Shown here in pieces: positions 10,996-21,905 of a stretch of DNA of 64,000 nucleotides. The first letter of the stretch is position 1; each line of letters begins with the position of its first letter. The DNA is taken from contig OY968774.1 in NCBI GenBank assembly GCA_963695305.1, forward strand, positions 1,640,471 to 1,704,470. The letters run 5' to 3'. This DNA comes from an uncultured Solirubrobacterales bacterium. Its GTDB lineage: Bacteria > Actinomycetota > Thermoleophilia > Solirubrobacterales > Solirubrobacteraceae. The translations under genes and the position numbers were made by a program. The notes under the pieces are model-generated. The model was not told the origin of the DNA. It did no database searches and worked only from the letters and a program-made list of their open reading frames with translations.

Positions 10996-11688
10996 ATGGC
11001 AACTCAAGTCGTCAGTCAGCTGCCGATCCATCGCCTCGATATCGAGACGTACAGTCACATGGTTGAGGCCGGTGCGCTCGATGGTCTGCCGGTCGAGCTC
11101 GTACAGGGCTTGCTTGTCGACAAGTGGGGTACCGATCCGAACGGCGGCATACCGCTCTACCGGCTCAGCGTCGATACTTACAACGACATCGTGGAATCCG
11201 GCGCGCTCGATGGTCGGCCGGTTGAGCTTGTCGAGGGGCTGATCGTAGACATGATGAGTCCACACTCAGGAAATCATGCGACCGTCGTCCGTCGGCTTGA
11301 GCGGCATTTTGCGAAGGTGGATGGATGGGCACAAGTGCAGCTTCCGCTCGAAGTCGTTCCAGACTCGATGCTCAAGCCGGACCTTGCGCTGCTTGTCGAT
11401 GAGCCCCCGCCCGGTCGTCATCCCCGCACGGCAACGCTGATCGTTGAGGTGGCTGTTAGCTCGCACAAATTCGATCGCGGTGCCAAGGCCGACATGTATG
11501 CGCGCGCTGGCGTTCCGGCTTACTGGCTCGTCGATGTTCCGGGGAGGGCAGTCGAGGTCCGCACCGAGCCTGGCCCGGATGGTTACGTCTGCTGCGAGGT
11601 CTTCCGCGACGGGGCGACCGTGCCTTCCCCGGTGTCCGGTGCAGACGATCTTGATGTCGCGGAGCTGCTGACAGGGATTGGCGAGTAA
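10996..11688 (+). CDS. Uma2 family endonuclease with duplicated N-terminal segment
   Basis: VELVEG, PDLA, LIVEVAVSS...D...K...YARAGVPAYWLVD. Confidence 0.88.
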   Translation: MATQVVSQLPIHRLDIETYSHMVEAGALDGLPVELVQGLLVDKWGTDPNGGIPLYRLSVDTYNDIVESGALDGRPVELVEGLIVDMMSPHSGNHATVVRRLERHFAKVDGWAQVQLPLEVVPDSMLKPDLALLVDEPPPGRHPRTATLIVEVAVSSHKFDRGAKADMYARAGVPAYWLVDVPGRAVEVRTEPGPDGYVCCEVFRDGATVPSPVSGADDLDVAELLTGIGE

Positions 11689-11820
11689 GGGGGCGCGTCT
11701 CTGGTTGCTCGTGGCTTTGGTGCAGAGTTGCACTAAAAAATAGTGCAGATTTGCACTAAGACTAGGTGCAGGAGCCTGACGAAGGCGAACGTCTGTTCGC
11801 CCCAATACAATAGACGGCGG

Positions 11821-14817
11821 ATGGCGCAAAGCAACAAGATCGTCGTAAGTGGGGCACGGGAGCACAACCTCAAGGACATCTCTCTGGAGCTGCCGAGGGA
11901 TGCGCTCGTGGTGATCACAGGCCTGAGCGGGTCGGGCAAGTCGAGCCTTGCGTTCGACACGATCTACGCGGAGGGGCAGCGACGGTATGTGGAGTCGTTG
12001 AGCGCGTACGCGCGGCAGTTCCTGGGGCAGATGGACAAGCCGGACGTGGATTCGATCGAGGGGCTCTCCCCGGCGATCTCGATCGACCAGAAGACGACGT
12101 CACGCAACCCGCGCTCGACCGTAGGCACCGTCACTGAGATCTACGACTACCTCAGGCTCCTGTGGGCGAGGGTGGGCAAGCCGCACTGTCCCATCTGCGG
12201 GCGTCCGATCACGGGGCAGTCGGCGGAGCAGATCATCGACCAGACGATGGAGCTGGGGGAGGGGACCCGCTTCATGGTGTTGGCGCCCGTTGTGCGGGGC
12301 CGCAAGGGCGAGTACGGGAAGCTGCTGGACGAGCTCCGAGCGGATGGGTTCGCGCGCGTGAAGATCGACGGGCGGATCCGGATGCTCGAGGAATCGATCG
12401 TGTTGGATAAGCGCTACAAGCACGACGTCTCGGTGGTGGTGGATCGCCTCGTGATGCGGCACGACATCCGTAAGCGTCTGGCCGATTCGATCGAGACGGC
12501 GGTGGGGTTGGCTGACGGTCTCGTGGAGATCGAGATCGTCGGTTCAAAGGCCGAAGAGGGTGAGGATAAAGGCCGCGTAGCCGGTGACGGCACGGATCGT
12601 TCGCATTCCTCGGGAGCCCTCGGCGTCAGGGCAGCGGCCCTCCAGATAATTCCCGGGCAGAAGCCGGTCCCGGGGACGCTTTTCACGTTCTCCGAGAAGT
12701 TCGCGTGCCCGGAGCACGGGCCTTCGCTTGTCGAGCTGGAGCCACGTATTTTCTCGTTCAACTCTCCGCACGGCGCTTGTGAGCGGTGTACGGGACTGGG
12801 CTCGCAGATGGTGATCGACCCGGATCTCGTGGTCCCCGACCCAAGTCTGTCTATCGGGGAAGGTGCGATCGCTCCGTGGATGAACAGTGCTTCCAACTAC
12901 TACGAGCAGGTGACCGAGGCGATCGCCAAGCGCTACAAGGTCGACTTGGGCGCGCCGTGGGAGGAGCTGACGCAGGAGCAGCGTGACCTTTTCCTACACG
13001 GCACGAACGGCGAGCCGCTTCAGATCACCTACAAGAACCGTTACGGGCGTAGCCGCTCGTACGGGACACGTTTTGAGGGGGTGGTGGCGAACCTGCAGCG
13101 TCGCTACCGCGAGACCGACTCGGAGTGGACGCGGGAGAAGATTGAGGAGTTCATGTCGTTGCGAGCGTGCCCGGAGTGTGGTGGCGCGCGGTTGCGTCCC
13201 GAGTCGAGGGCCGTGTTGGTGGCGGGCACGCGCATCGAGGATTTCTGTGCGTTGTCGGCACGGAGGGCGCTCGCTTGGCTTGACGAGGTGGAGCTGTCGG
13301 AGACCGATCGGCACGTGGCGAGGTTGATCTTGCGTGAGATCTCCGAGCGGTTGCAGTTCCTTGAGAACGTGGGGATCGGCTACCTCTCGATGGATCGCGC
13401 CGCAGCGACCCTTTCAGGTGGCGAGGCGCAGCGGATACGGCTTGCCACACAGATCGGGTCGTCGTTGGTGGGGGTGCTCTACATCCTCGACGAGCCCTCG
13501 ATCGGCTTGCACCAGCGCGACAACGCGAAGCTGATCGCGACACTGGAACGGCTGCGTGACCTCGGCAACACGGTGATTGTGGTGGAGCACGACGAGCAGA
13601 CGATGCGGTGCGCCGACCATCTCGTAGATCTAGGTCCGGGCGCTGGCGAACACGGGGGGTGGATCGTGGCGCAAGGCACCGCCACGCAGGTGCAGCGTGT
13701 GAAGGAGTCCGCCACCGGCCAGTTCCTAGCGGGTACACGCACGATCGAGGTGCCCGCGGAGCGGCGCACACCCACCGGGTATGTGGAGATCACCGGGGCC
13801 AGTCAGCACAACCTGCGCGATATCGACGTGCACGTGCCGTTGGGAACGCTGACATGCGTGACCGGAGTGTCGGGGTCGGGCAAGTCGACGTTGGTCAACG
13901 AAGTGCTCTACAAGGCGGTCGCCAACCGTCTACACAAGGCCCGCCAGCGCCCGGGAGCGCACCGTGCGATCAAGGGGCTCGACCAACTCGACAAGATCAT
14001 CGCCGTCGACCAATCGCCGATCGGACGGACGCCGCGGTCGAACCCCGCGACCTACACGGGGTTGTTCGATGTGATTCGCGACCTCTTCTCAAAGACCCAG
14101 GAGGCGCGTGCGAGGGGGTACAAGCCGGGGCGTTTCTCCTTCAACGTGAAGGGTGGCCGTTGCGAGGTATGTAGGGGGGATGGGCAGATCAAGATCGAGA
14201 TGCACTTCTTGCCCGATGTGTATGTGCCGTGCGAGCAGTGCGACGGGAGGCGCTACAACCGCGAGACGTTGGAGGTGAAGTTCAAGGGGAAGAGCATCGC
14301 GGAGGTGCTCGGAATGCCGGTGGAGGAGGCATTGAAGTTCTTCGAGCACATCCCCAAGATCCGCCGGCGGTTGGAGACGCTCGACGCGGTGGGGCTTGGG
14401 TACATTCGCCTCGGCCAGCCCGCCACGACCCTCTCGGGTGGGGAGGCCCAGCGCGTGAAGCTCGCCACCGAGCTCTCCAAGGTGGCGACCGGTCGCACGC
14501 TCTACATCCTCGACGAGCCCACCACAGGACTTCACTTCGCCGACGTGCAGCGTCTGTTGGAGGTGTTGCAGCGGCTAGTGGACGCCGGTAACAGCGTTGT
14601 CGTGATCGAGCACAACCTCGACGTGATCAAGTGCGCCGACCGCCTCATCGACATGGGACCCGAGGGGGGAGAGGAGGGCGGCATGGTGATCGCCGCCGGC
14701 ACCCCCGAGGAGGTAGCCGCCGAGCGCGCGTCGCACACCGGTGACTTCCTGCGGGATCTGGTGGCGCCGAAGCGCAAGCCCGCGGCGCGCAAGCGCCGTG
14801 CAAAGGTTGCCGCGTGA
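11821..14817 (+). CDS. uvrA: Excinuclease ABC subunit A
   Basis: GAREHNLK, two ABC ATPase cassettes ([26 protein letters not shown]), Zn fingers. Confidence 0.98.
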   Translation: MAQSNKIVVSGAREHNLKDISLELPRDALVVITGLSGSGKSSLAFDTIYAEGQRRYVESLSAYARQFLGQMDKPDVDSIEGLSPAISIDQKTTSRNPRSTVGTVTEIYDYLRLLWARVGKPHCPICGRPITGQSAEQIIDQTMELGEGTRFMVLAPVVRGRKGEYGKLLDELRADGFARVKIDGRIRMLEESIVLDKRYKHDVSVVVDRLVMRHDIRKRLADSIETAVGLADGLVEIEIVGSKAEEGEDKGRVAGDGTDRSHSSGALGVRAAALQIIPGQKPVPGTLFTFSEKFACPEHGPSLVELEPRIFSFNSPHGACERCTGLGSQMVIDPDLVVPDPSLSIGEGAIAPWMNSASNYYEQVTEAIAKRYKVDLGAPWEELTQEQRDLFLHGTNGEPLQITYKNRYGRSRSYGTRFEGVVANLQRRYRETDSEWTREKIEEFMSLRACPECGGARLRPESRAVLVAGTRIEDFCALSARRALAWLDEVELSETDRHVARLILREISERLQFLENVGIGYLSMDRAAATLSGGEAQRIRLATQIGSSLVGVLYILDEPSIGLHQRDNAKLIATLERLRDLGNTVIVVEHDEQTMRCADHLVDLGPGAGEHGGWIVAQGTATQVQRVKESATGQFLAGTRTIEVPAERRTPTGYVEITGASQHNLRDIDVHVPLGTLTCVTGVSGSGKSTLVNEVLYKAVANRLHKARQRPGAHRAIKGLDQLDKIIAVDQSPIGRTPRSNPATYTGLFDVIRDLFSKTQEARARGYKPGRFSFNVKGGRCEVCRGDGQIKIEMHFLPDVYVPCEQCDGRRYNRETLEVKFKGKSIAEVLGMPVEEALKFFEHIPKIRRRLETLDAVGLGYIRLGQPATTLSGGEAQRVKLATELSKVATGRTLYILDEPTTGLHFADVQRLLEVLQRLVDAGNSVVVIEHNLDVIKCADRLIDMGPEGGEEGGMVIAAGTPEEVAAERASHTGDFLRDLVAPKRKPAARKRRAKVAA

Positions 14818-15413
14818 CGGCGGCTCAGGTGCGGCTCTGGTTTGCCAAGTGGCGCTGGTACGAGCGCAATTCGCTGCCTTGGAACCGTCTGGCGATCCAC
14901 CGCGAGATGATGCGAAACGAAGCGTTCGCCCGCTGGCCGCTACACGGCAACGTGCTTGAGGCGTTGCGGGATGGGCGTCTGGAGATCGGCGCGCACGCGC
15001 TGTTCGAGCCGGGCGTGTGGATTACCGCGCCCGGTACCGCCTGCGTGCGGATCGGCGAAGGGACGTTCCTCAACATGGGGGTGATGGTCGCCGCGGAGCA
15101 GCTTGTGGAGATCGGCGATCACTGCATGCTTGCCAACGGGTGTTTCGTCACCGATTCGTCCCACCGCTACGACGACCCAGAGAAGCCGATCACGTGGCAG
15201 GGGTTCGAGAGCAAGGGCCCCACCCGCATCGGCGACAACTGTTGGCTCGGCGCCAACGTGGTCGTCACGAGCGGGGTGACCATCGGCGAGCGCTGTGTCA
15301 TCGGCGCCAACAGTGTCGTCACCAAAGACATCGAGCCATTCACCATCGCCACGGGTGCCCCCGCGCGCGCGATTCGCAAGGTCGAGTACGGGGAGCACGC
15401 CGCCCCCGCCTGA
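14814..15413 (+). CDS. Hexapeptide-repeat acyltransferase
   Basis: LbH repeats ([31 protein letters not shown]); GTGA overlap with uvrA. Confidence 0.88.
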   Translation: MTAAQVRLWFAKWRWYERNSLPWNRLAIHREMMRNEAFARWPLHGNVLEALRDGRLEIGAHALFEPGVWITAPGTACVRIGEGTFLNMGVMVAAEQLVEIGDHCMLANGCFVTDSSHRYDDPEKPITWQGFESKGPTRIGDNCWLGANVVVTSGVTIGERCVIGANSVVTKDIEPFTIATGAPARAIRKVEYGEHAAPA

Positions 15414-15482
15414 CGGCGTGCGTTTCGTGATCCCCGATACGGCCCACGCCGGCGGCGTGGGCCGCTGGTGTTGGGAACCTAC

Positions 15483-16415
15483 TCAGCGCAGCAGCTCGTG
15501 AAGCTCGGCGAGCTCTCCCGCGTCGATCGAGTAGCCGTGCTCGGGGCCGGGGTAGCGGCCGCTGCGTACGTCCTCCGCATAGGCGGACACGCCCGCGTTC
15601 ATCTCCTCTTGGAGGTTCGCGTAGCGCTTGACGAACTTCGGGCCCAGCCCGTCGCGGATGCCGAGCAGGTCGTGGAACACCAACACTTGGCCGTCGGTGT
15701 CGCCACCCGCGCCGATGCCGATCACAGGCACCTCGATGTGGGGCATCAACTCCTTCGTGACCCCACTTGGGATCGCCTCGAACACGATCGCAAAGCATCC
15801 GCTCCCCTGGAGCGCCAAAGCCTCTGAGGCGATTCGTGCGGCGGCCTGCGCGTTACGGCCCTGTGCCTTCCACCCGCCGAGCGCGGTGGAGCTCTGTGGC
15901 GTGAGCCCAACATGGCCCATCACCGGGATCCCGGCACCGACGATCGCGCGTGCGCGGCTCGCCATCGCCGGGCCACCGCCCTCCAGCTTCACCGCGTCAC
16001 AACCGGCCTCCTTCACCATGCGGATCGCTGATCCCACGGCCTGTTCGTCGCTGATCTCATACGACCCAAACGGTAGGTCGCCGATCAACAGTGGGGTGCG
16101 CAAACCGCGGCGGGCTGCCTTCGCAAGCACCAACATGTCGTCGAGATCTACCGGCGTCGTGGCGCTGTACCCGAGGATTGTGGTTGCCGCGGAGTCCCCT
16201 ACAAGGACAAGGTCCACGCCTGCCGCCTCGGCGGCACGGGCGGACGGATAGTCATACGCGGTGACCATCACGATCGGCTCTCCCAACCGCTTCTTCTCGG
16301 CGAGCAACGGCAGGGTCATGGGTAGGCGGCCGGGGTCGGACGGGACAGCGCCTGTCCGTACAGAGCGTGCCGCGGTGGGGTGGCTTGCGGCGGGATTGCC
16401 TGGGTGGGATGACAT
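15483..16415 (-). CDS. panB: 3-methyl-2-oxobutanoate hydroxymethyltransferase
   Basis: MVTAYD, LVGDS, DLPFGSY, VKLEGG, GHVGLTPQS. Confidence 0.96.
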   Translation of the reverse strand: MSSHPGNPAASHPTAARSVRTGAVPSDPGRLPMTLPLLAEKKRLGEPIVMVTAYDYPSARAAEAAGVDLVLVGDSAATTILGYSATTPVDLDDMLVLAKAARRGLRTPLLIGDLPFGSYEISDEQAVGSAIRMVKEAGCDAVKLEGGGPAMASRARAIVGAGIPVMGHVGLTPQSSTALGGWKAQGRNAQAAARIASEALALQGSGCFAIVFEAIPSGVTKELMPHIEVPVIGIGAGGDTDGQVLVFHDLLGIRDGLGPKFVKRYANLQEEMNAGVSAYAEDVRSGRYPGPEHGYSIDAGELAELHELLR

Positions 16416-16450
16416 GGTGGGGCTCCTATCTGACGTGGTTGACGCCCAAC

Positions 16451-16867
16451 TCACGCCCGCGCGACCTCGATCGAGGCCTCCGGGGAGCTCAGCAGGGTCG
16501 CCACCGCGTCGTCGACGGTGATGATGCGATTCGTTTGCGCCTCCACGTGGACCACGCGAGGCTCGTAGTGCTCCATCTCCGCACGGTCGTACTGGCCGTA
16601 GGAGATGACGATGACGGTGTCCCCCCGGTGCACCAACCGTGCAGCGGCGCCGTTCACCTTGATGTCCCCTGAGCCCCTCTTCCCTGAGATCGTGTATGTC
16701 TCGAAGCGGGCGCCGTTATCCACGTCCACCACGTGCACCTGCTCGTGCTCCAAGATGTCGGCCGCCTCCAGCAGGTCGGGGTCGATCGTGATCGACCCGA
16801 CGTAGTGCAGGTCGCAGTCGGTCACCGTGGCTCGGTGGATCTTTGACTTGAGCATCACACGCTGCAT
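16451..16867 (-). CDS. panD: Aspartate 1-decarboxylase
   Basis: [20 protein letters not shown] cleavage site, [13 protein letters not shown]. Confidence 0.98.
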   Translation of the reverse strand: MQRVMLKSKIHRATVTDCDLHYVGSITIDPDLLEAADILEHEQVHVVDVDNGARFETYTISGKRGSGDIKVNGAAARLVHRGDTVIVISYGQYDRAEMEHYEPRVVHVEAQTNRIITVDDAVATLLSSPEASIEVARA

Positions 16868-17754
16868 GTCGCTTGTGTCTCCCTGGGGGTTGTGGGGTTG
16901 GATTGCGCAACGGGGTTCAGAACTGTGTTGTCGATGAGCCGGACCGCCCCTACGCGGGCGGCCACGGCGAGCAACGCGGACTCGTCGAGTTGTGTGACGG
17001 GCTCCAGCGTGTCTTGGCTTACGAGCGCCAGATACTCAGGCTCCACTCCAAAATGCTCCATTGCCCGTCCTCCGGCGGCGAGGAGATCGTCGGCGGAGCG
17101 CTTGCCTTCGGTAAGGGCCTGCTCGGCCGCGCGCAACGCGGCGTGAAGCGCCACGGCCCGTCGGCGGTCGTGCGGGTCAAGCTGGGCGTTGCGGCTGGAC
17201 ATGGCCAAGCCGTCGTGCTCGCGCACGGTGGGTCCCACCTCGATGCGAACTGGGATGTTGAGATCCTCCACCATGCGGCGGATCACGACCACCTGTTGGG
17301 CGTCCTTCTGGCCGAAGTACGCAACATCGGGTTTCACCATGTTCAGGAGCTTCATCACCACCGTGGTGACGCCTCGGAAGTGGCTCGACCCGCGCACGGC
17401 CCCCTCCAGGCGGTCGGTCAACCCGAGTACCTCAACCGTGGTTGAGAAGCCGGCCGGGTAGACGTCCTCCACCGAGGGCGCAAACAAGATGTCGGCGCCC
17501 GCTAGTTCTGCCAGCTCCCGATCGCGCTGCTCTTGGCGTGGATAGCGCTCCAGGTCTCCACCCTCGTTGAACTGAGAGGGGTTCACGAACAGCGACACAA
17601 CAACAACGTCGCACTGCTCACGCGCTCGCTCGATCAATGAGAGGTGCCCCTCGTGCAGGGCGCCCATCGTGGGTACCAACCCGATCGTGCGCCGCTCGCG
17701 CCGGGGCGCGTCAAGCCCCGCCCTCACCTCATCCACTGAGCGCACAACCCTCAT
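16855..17754 (-). CDS. panC: Pantoate--beta-alanine ligase
   Basis: [39 protein letters not shown]. Confidence 0.97.
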   Translation of the reverse strand: MRVVRSVDEVRAGLDAPRRERRTIGLVPTMGALHEGHLSLIERAREQCDVVVVSLFVNPSQFNEGGDLERYPRQEQRDRELAELAGADILFAPSVEDVYPAGFSTTVEVLGLTDRLEGAVRGSSHFRGVTTVVMKLLNMVKPDVAYFGQKDAQQVVVIRRMVEDLNIPVRIEVGPTVREHDGLAMSSRNAQLDPHDRRRAVALHAALRAAEQALTEGKRSADDLLAAGGRAMEHFGVEPEYLALVSQDTLEPVTQLDESALLAVAARVGAVRLIDNTVLNPVAQSNPTTPRETQATCSV

Positions 17755-17825
17755 GGGAGCGCAACCCTCCTAGGGCCGCAACATGCTTGGCGGCACGGGC
17801 AGATCGGTGTGAAGATCGGCGGGTT

Positions 17826-17870
17826 CATCTCTCTCGGTCCAGTTCCCATCGGGGATACCGGTCGCGACTC
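17826..17870 (-). promoter_or_regulatory. Candidate pan-motif cis-regulatory RNA upstream of panC
   Basis: Minus strand GACCGGTATCCCCGATGGGAACTGGACCGAGAG folds into a bulged stem-loop ~70 nt upstream of panC; resemblance to the pan motif is from recall. Confidence 0.4.
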
Positions 17871-17937
17871 GCTTAAGCATACACCCCAATCTCGCCGTCG
17901 AGGAATACCATCCGCGCCTGTGAGTACCGCAGACACG

Positions 17938-18648
17938 ATGTCACCCGAGCAGCGTCGCGAGGCGCTCAAGCAGGTGTTCGCGAAGGCCAACACCTGCGTT
18001 CGCTGCCAAGAGCTTGCGGCTACGCGCAAGAACGTGGTGTTCGGCGCGGGCAACGCCGACGCTGACCTCATGTTCGTGGGTGAGGCCCCCGGCGCCTCCG
18101 AGGACGAGCAGGGCCTTCCGTTTGTGGGCCGTGCCGGCAAGCTCCTCTCGACGCTGCTTGAGGAGATTGGGCTGTCTCGCCCGGAGGTGTTCATCGCGAA
18201 CGTCTTGAAGTGCAGGCCCCCGGGCAACCGCGATCCCCAGCCGATTGAGATCGAGAACTGCCGCGAGTATCTCTACCGCCAGGTCGAGCTGATCCAGCCC
18301 CGGGTTATCTGCTCGCTCGGGAACTTCTCCACGAAGCTCCTCCGTGAGGACCCTACGGGCATCACGCGCCTGCATGGCCAACCCGAGGTGCTCACGCTCG
18401 GTGCGCGCGCGGTGAGGCTCTACCCGATCTTCCATCCAGCCGCTGCGCTCTATACCCCGCGCATGCTTGAGACCCTCCGCGAAGACTTCTCGCGTCTTCC
18501 CGAGTTGCTCGCGCTACCGGCGCCCGACCAACCCGGGGAGGTGTTGGAGGCCGTTCCAGATCTCCCCGAAGATGTGCCGGTCGCGCAAGCGCAGGACGGG
18601 CCTGTTTCGCAAGCGAGGGACGCAGCGGATCAGCTCGACCTCTTCTGA
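17938..18648 (+). CDS. udg: Uracil-DNA glycosylase family 4
   Basis: C..C Fe-S ligands, [32 protein letters not shown]. Confidence 0.93.
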   Translation: MSPEQRREALKQVFAKANTCVRCQELAATRKNVVFGAGNADADLMFVGEAPGASEDEQGLPFVGRAGKLLSTLLEEIGLSRPEVFIANVLKCRPPGNRDPQPIEIENCREYLYRQVELIQPRVICSLGNFSTKLLREDPTGITRLHGQPEVLTLGARAVRLYPIFHPAAALYTPRMLETLREDFSRLPELLALPAPDQPGEVLEAVPDLPEDVPVAQAQDGPVSQARDAADQLDLF

Positions 18649-18829
18649 GGGGCGGCAAGCGCTGTGGTGGTTATCCACGCAAGTTCCGCCAATCCACGCA
18701 CTGCGGTCCTACCCGATGCATCTAAAAGGGGCGAACCCCCGTATTACCACCTGCAGGATTTCGTGCAGGTCGCTAAAGCAGGCATGGTGGCTTGCCGATA
18801 GAGCAGTTATCTCCATCCTCCCAAGCACC

Positions 18830-18873
18830 ACGGCCGGCTCGCGATCTCCTCTCCCGCGAGCCGGCCGTTTTTC
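18830..18873 (+). terminator. Intrinsic terminator-like hairpin
   Basis: Perfect 14-bp stem ACGGCCGGCTCGCG/CGCGAGCCGGCCGT, CU-rich loop, followed by TTTT. Confidence 0.7.
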
Positions 18874-18926
18874 GTTGTGGGAGACGGTCACCGCCAAACC
18901 ACAGCGATAGGTCCTACGCTTCTCTG

Positions 18927-19406
18927 GTGGCGACACGCATCGTCGAGACCTCGGATCCACGCCAAACCGAGGCGTTGGGCGCCGAGCTAGCGGTTGCGCT
19001 TTCACCGGGGGACATCGTCCTCGTCAGGGGTGACTTGGGCGCGGGCAAGACCACTTTCGTCCGTGGCGCGGCGGTCGCGCTTGGGGTTTTGGACCCCGTT
19101 ACGAGCCCCACGTTCTCGGTAGGCCACCGTTATGAGGGCGCGGGTGTCACGGTGTCGCACTTGGACCTCTACCGTTTGGGGGGGCTCTCCGAGGAGGAGC
19201 CCGATCTGCTCGACGACTATCTTGGGCCCACGAGGATCGCTTTCGTGGAGTGGCCGGAGGACGGCTCCCTCGAGCTGGGTGGGGCAAGTGCGCGGGTCAC
19301 ATTGACCCACTTGGGTGGCGATCTGAGGCGGATCGAGATCGTGCAGGGGCGGAGAGACGGGGCTGTGTGGACAGGGGTCGAGGGCCAGACGGGGGTGGAC
19401 GCGTGA
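18927..19406 (+). CDS. tsaE: tRNA t6A biosynthesis ATPase TsaE
   Basis: GDLGAGKTTFVRG, VTSPTF, HLDLYRL, FVEWPE. Confidence 0.96.
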   Translation: MATRIVETSDPRQTEALGAELAVALSPGDIVLVRGDLGAGKTTFVRGAAVALGVLDPVTSPTFSVGHRYEGAGVTVSHLDLYRLGGLSEEEPDLLDDYLGPTRIAFVEWPEDGSLELGGASARVTLTHLGGDLRRIEIVQGRRDGAVWTGVEGQTGVDA

Positions 19407-20191
19407 TCGTGCTGGGACTCGATACGTCGACCCGCGCCACTGTGGTGGGTTTGTTGTTGGCCGACGGTACCCTGTTGCAGGCTCGTGATGACCCTGAGGG
19501 GCAGGAGCGGCCCGGTCATGCCACGCGGCTGCTGCCGCTCGCCGACTCGCTGCTCGTCGAAGCGGGGCTTGCTTGGGGCGATGTCGAGCGGATCGCGGTC
19601 GGTGTGGGGCCGGGCACCTTCACCGGCCTGCGCATTGGCGTCGCCACCGCCCGTGGGCTCGCGCAGTCGCTCGGTGTGGAGCTAGTCGGCGTGTCGAGCC
19701 TGCGCGCGCTCGCCCACGCGGCCGTTCGCGGCGCAGCTGGGGAGGTCGGCGTTGGAGATGGGATTCCCGCCAGCGAGCCGGCCGGTGTGAGCGTCGCTGG
19801 GGGGGAGGGGGTGTCGCGGTCGAGCGCGGGGCTGCTGGCTGTGATCGACGCCCGCCGCGGGGAGGTCTTCGCCGCCGTCTATCAGGGCGACACCGAGTTG
19901 ATTGCGCCCGCTCCGCTTGCCCCTTCCGATCTTTCCGAGTTGCGCGAGCGCGCCGACATGCTTGCGGGCGCGCTTATCTGGATCGCGTTCGGCGATGGTG
20001 CGGTGCGCTACCGGAGCGAGCTTGAGCTGGCGGGCGTGGATGTACCGGACGATGATTCGCCGCTTCACCGCGTCGATGGCCGCGCCATCTGTGAGTTGGG
20101 CCTGGAGGGCGACCCCTCGGATGCCCAGGTCCTACCCGATTACCGCCGTCGTCCCGATGCGGAGATCGCGCTTCAGGGAGCGTCCTCGTAA
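19403..20191 (+). CDS. tsaB: tRNA t6A biosynthesis protein TsaB
   Basis: LGLDTST, VGVGPGTFTGLRIG, IDARRGEVF. Confidence 0.96.
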   Translation: MIVLGLDTSTRATVVGLLLADGTLLQARDDPEGQERPGHATRLLPLADSLLVEAGLAWGDVERIAVGVGPGTFTGLRIGVATARGLAQSLGVELVGVSSLRALAHAAVRGAAGEVGVGDGIPASEPAGVSVAGGEGVSRSSAGLLAVIDARRGEVFAAVYQGDTELIAPAPLAPSDLSELRERADMLAGALIWIAFGDGAVRYRSELELAGVDVPDDDSPLHRVDGRAICELGLEGDPSDAQVLPDYRRRPDAEIALQGASS

Positions 20192-20715
20192 TGGGCTCCT
20201 CGATGGCTGAGATCACAACTGAGGGATCGTTCTCTATCGATGTGCGTGAGCTTGCCTACGCCGACCTTCCCCGCGTTATCTCGATCGAGCGCCGCGCCTT
20301 TCCCACACCCTGGTCGCTTGCCATGTTCGTGCTGGAGCTCTCCAAGCCCTCCGGCATCTGTCTCGCCGCCGTCCATCAACGTCGGCTTGTGGGCTACCTC
20401 ATCTGCTCTCGCTACGACACCGTTTGGCACGTCATGAACATCGCGGTCGACATCGATCACCAACACAAGGGTGTCGCCTCCGCGTTGCTTGCGGAGCTGT
20501 ACGCTCGCGTTGATGATGAAGCGGCCCGCTTCACGCTTGAGGTACGGCGCTCCAACGGTGTCGCCATCCACCTGTACGAACGCGAAGGCTTTCGTGCCGC
20601 CGGCCTCCGTCGCCGCTACTACCAGGACAACGGAGAGGACGCGCTGGTCATGTGGCGCACGCCGGGCACCCTTTCCGGCTCGCTTGACGACGTTCCCAAC
20701 CCGGGGCCGGTATGA
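20191..20715 (+). CDS. rimI: Ribosomal-protein-alanine N-acetyltransferase
   Basis: GNAT fold; HVMNIAV, LEVRRSN..AIHLY...GF....RRRYY. Confidence 0.93.
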   Translation: MGSSMAEITTEGSFSIDVRELAYADLPRVISIERRAFPTPWSLAMFVLELSKPSGICLAAVHQRRLVGYLICSRYDTVWHVMNIAVDIDHQHKGVASALLAELYARVDDEAARFTLEVRRSNGVAIHLYEREGFRAAGLRRRYYQDNGEDALVMWRTPGTLSGSLDDVPNPGPV

Positions 20716-20773
20716 GCACACGCGGCGGGATCGTGCGGGGGGTAGGGCTGTGGCGTGACTGGGGGGTGGTGCG

Positions 20774-21871
20774 GTGAGGATTCTCGCCCTTGAGACGAGC
20801 TGCGACGACACTTGTGCCGCAGTCGTCGAGGGTGACGGCGTGATCCGCTCGAACGTCATCTCCTCTCAACGCGCCCACGACCGCTTCGGCGGCGTTGTCC
20901 CCGAGATCGCATCGCGCCATCACCTGGAGCTCGTCAATGTCGTCGTAGATCAAGCCCTCACCGAGGCCGGCCTCGCGCTCGACGACATCGACGCTGTCGC
21001 CGCCACCCAGGGACCAGGGCTGGTAGGGGCGCTGCTCGTGGGCTTCTCCACCGCGAAGTCCCTTGCCGCCGCGCGTTTCCTACCGTTCGCCGCCGTAGAC
21101 CACCTTCAGGGCCACGTTGCCGCCAACTTCCTCCGGCCGCCGGGGGGCGGAGCAAAGGGGAGCGGGGGTCCCGGCGATACGGACCAGGTGAGCGTGGATA
21201 ACGGTGGGGGAGCCCCCTTCGAGCCACCTTTTCTCTGCCTCATCGCCTCGGGCGGCCACACACTGCTCGCCCACGTCACCCATCACGACGGCTTTGAAAC
21301 GCTCGGCCGCACGCTCGACGACGCCGCCGGGGAGGCCTTCGACAAGGGCGCCCGTATGCTCGGGCTCGGCTTCCCAGGTGGTCCCGCGCTCTCACGACGG
21401 GCGGCTGAGGGCGATCCTGAGGCGTTTGAGTTCCCCTCCTCGGGGTCTCGCTCACGCGGCGGCCGTGGCGCCACCACTCCGTTTGCGCGATCGCTTGACT
21501 TCTCTTTCGCCGGCCTGAAGACCTCGCTGCTCTACCAGCTGCGTGAGCTCACCGACGAGGAGCGCCAACAACGCGCCGCCGACCTCGCCGCGTCCTACCA
21601 AGCCGCCATCGTGAACCACCTCATGCTCCGTGTCGAGCAGGCTCTTGAGCTCACCGGCCTCGATCGTCTCGCTGTCGGCGGTGGCGTCGCCGCCAACGAC
21701 GAGCTACGTCGCCGCCTCGCCTCGCTTCCCGTCACCACCCACGTTCCTCCACCGGTCCTCTGTACCGACAACGCCGCCATGATCGCCTCCGCCGCTCGTT
21801 TTTCCGCGCGGATCTCCTACCCCCACTATTTGAGTCTTGACGCGTACGCCACCGGGGAGCGCCCACGGTGA
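20774..21871 (+). CDS. tsaD: tRNA t6A transferase TsaD
   Basis: LETSCDDT, GGVVPEIASRHH, HLQGH, DDAAGEAFDK, CTDNAAMI. Confidence 0.97.
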   Translation: MRILALETSCDDTCAAVVEGDGVIRSNVISSQRAHDRFGGVVPEIASRHHLELVNVVVDQALTEAGLALDDIDAVAATQGPGLVGALLVGFSTAKSLAAARFLPFAAVDHLQGHVAANFLRPPGGGAKGSGGPGDTDQVSVDNGGGAPFEPPFLCLIASGGHTLLAHVTHHDGFETLGRTLDDAAGEAFDKGARMLGLGFPGGPALSRRAAEGDPEAFEFPSSGSRSRGGRGATTPFARSLDFSFAGLKTSLLYQLRELTDEERQQRAADLAASYQAAIVNHLMLRVEQALELTGLDRLAVGGGVAANDELRRRLASLPVTTHVPPPVLCTDNAAMIASAARFSARISYPHYLSLDAYATGERPR

Positions 21872-21905
21872 GCTTCGCACGAGGCTGCTCCCACTCGACG
21901 CCGCC

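Noticed and set aside
18671-18679. DnaA-box-like TTATCCACG
   Set aside because: Single 8/9 match with no box cluster or oriC context.
19730-21215. Gly-rich insertions in TsaB and TsaD as inserted palindromic elements
   Set aside because: Not palindromic and not similar to each other; consistent with low-complexity loops.
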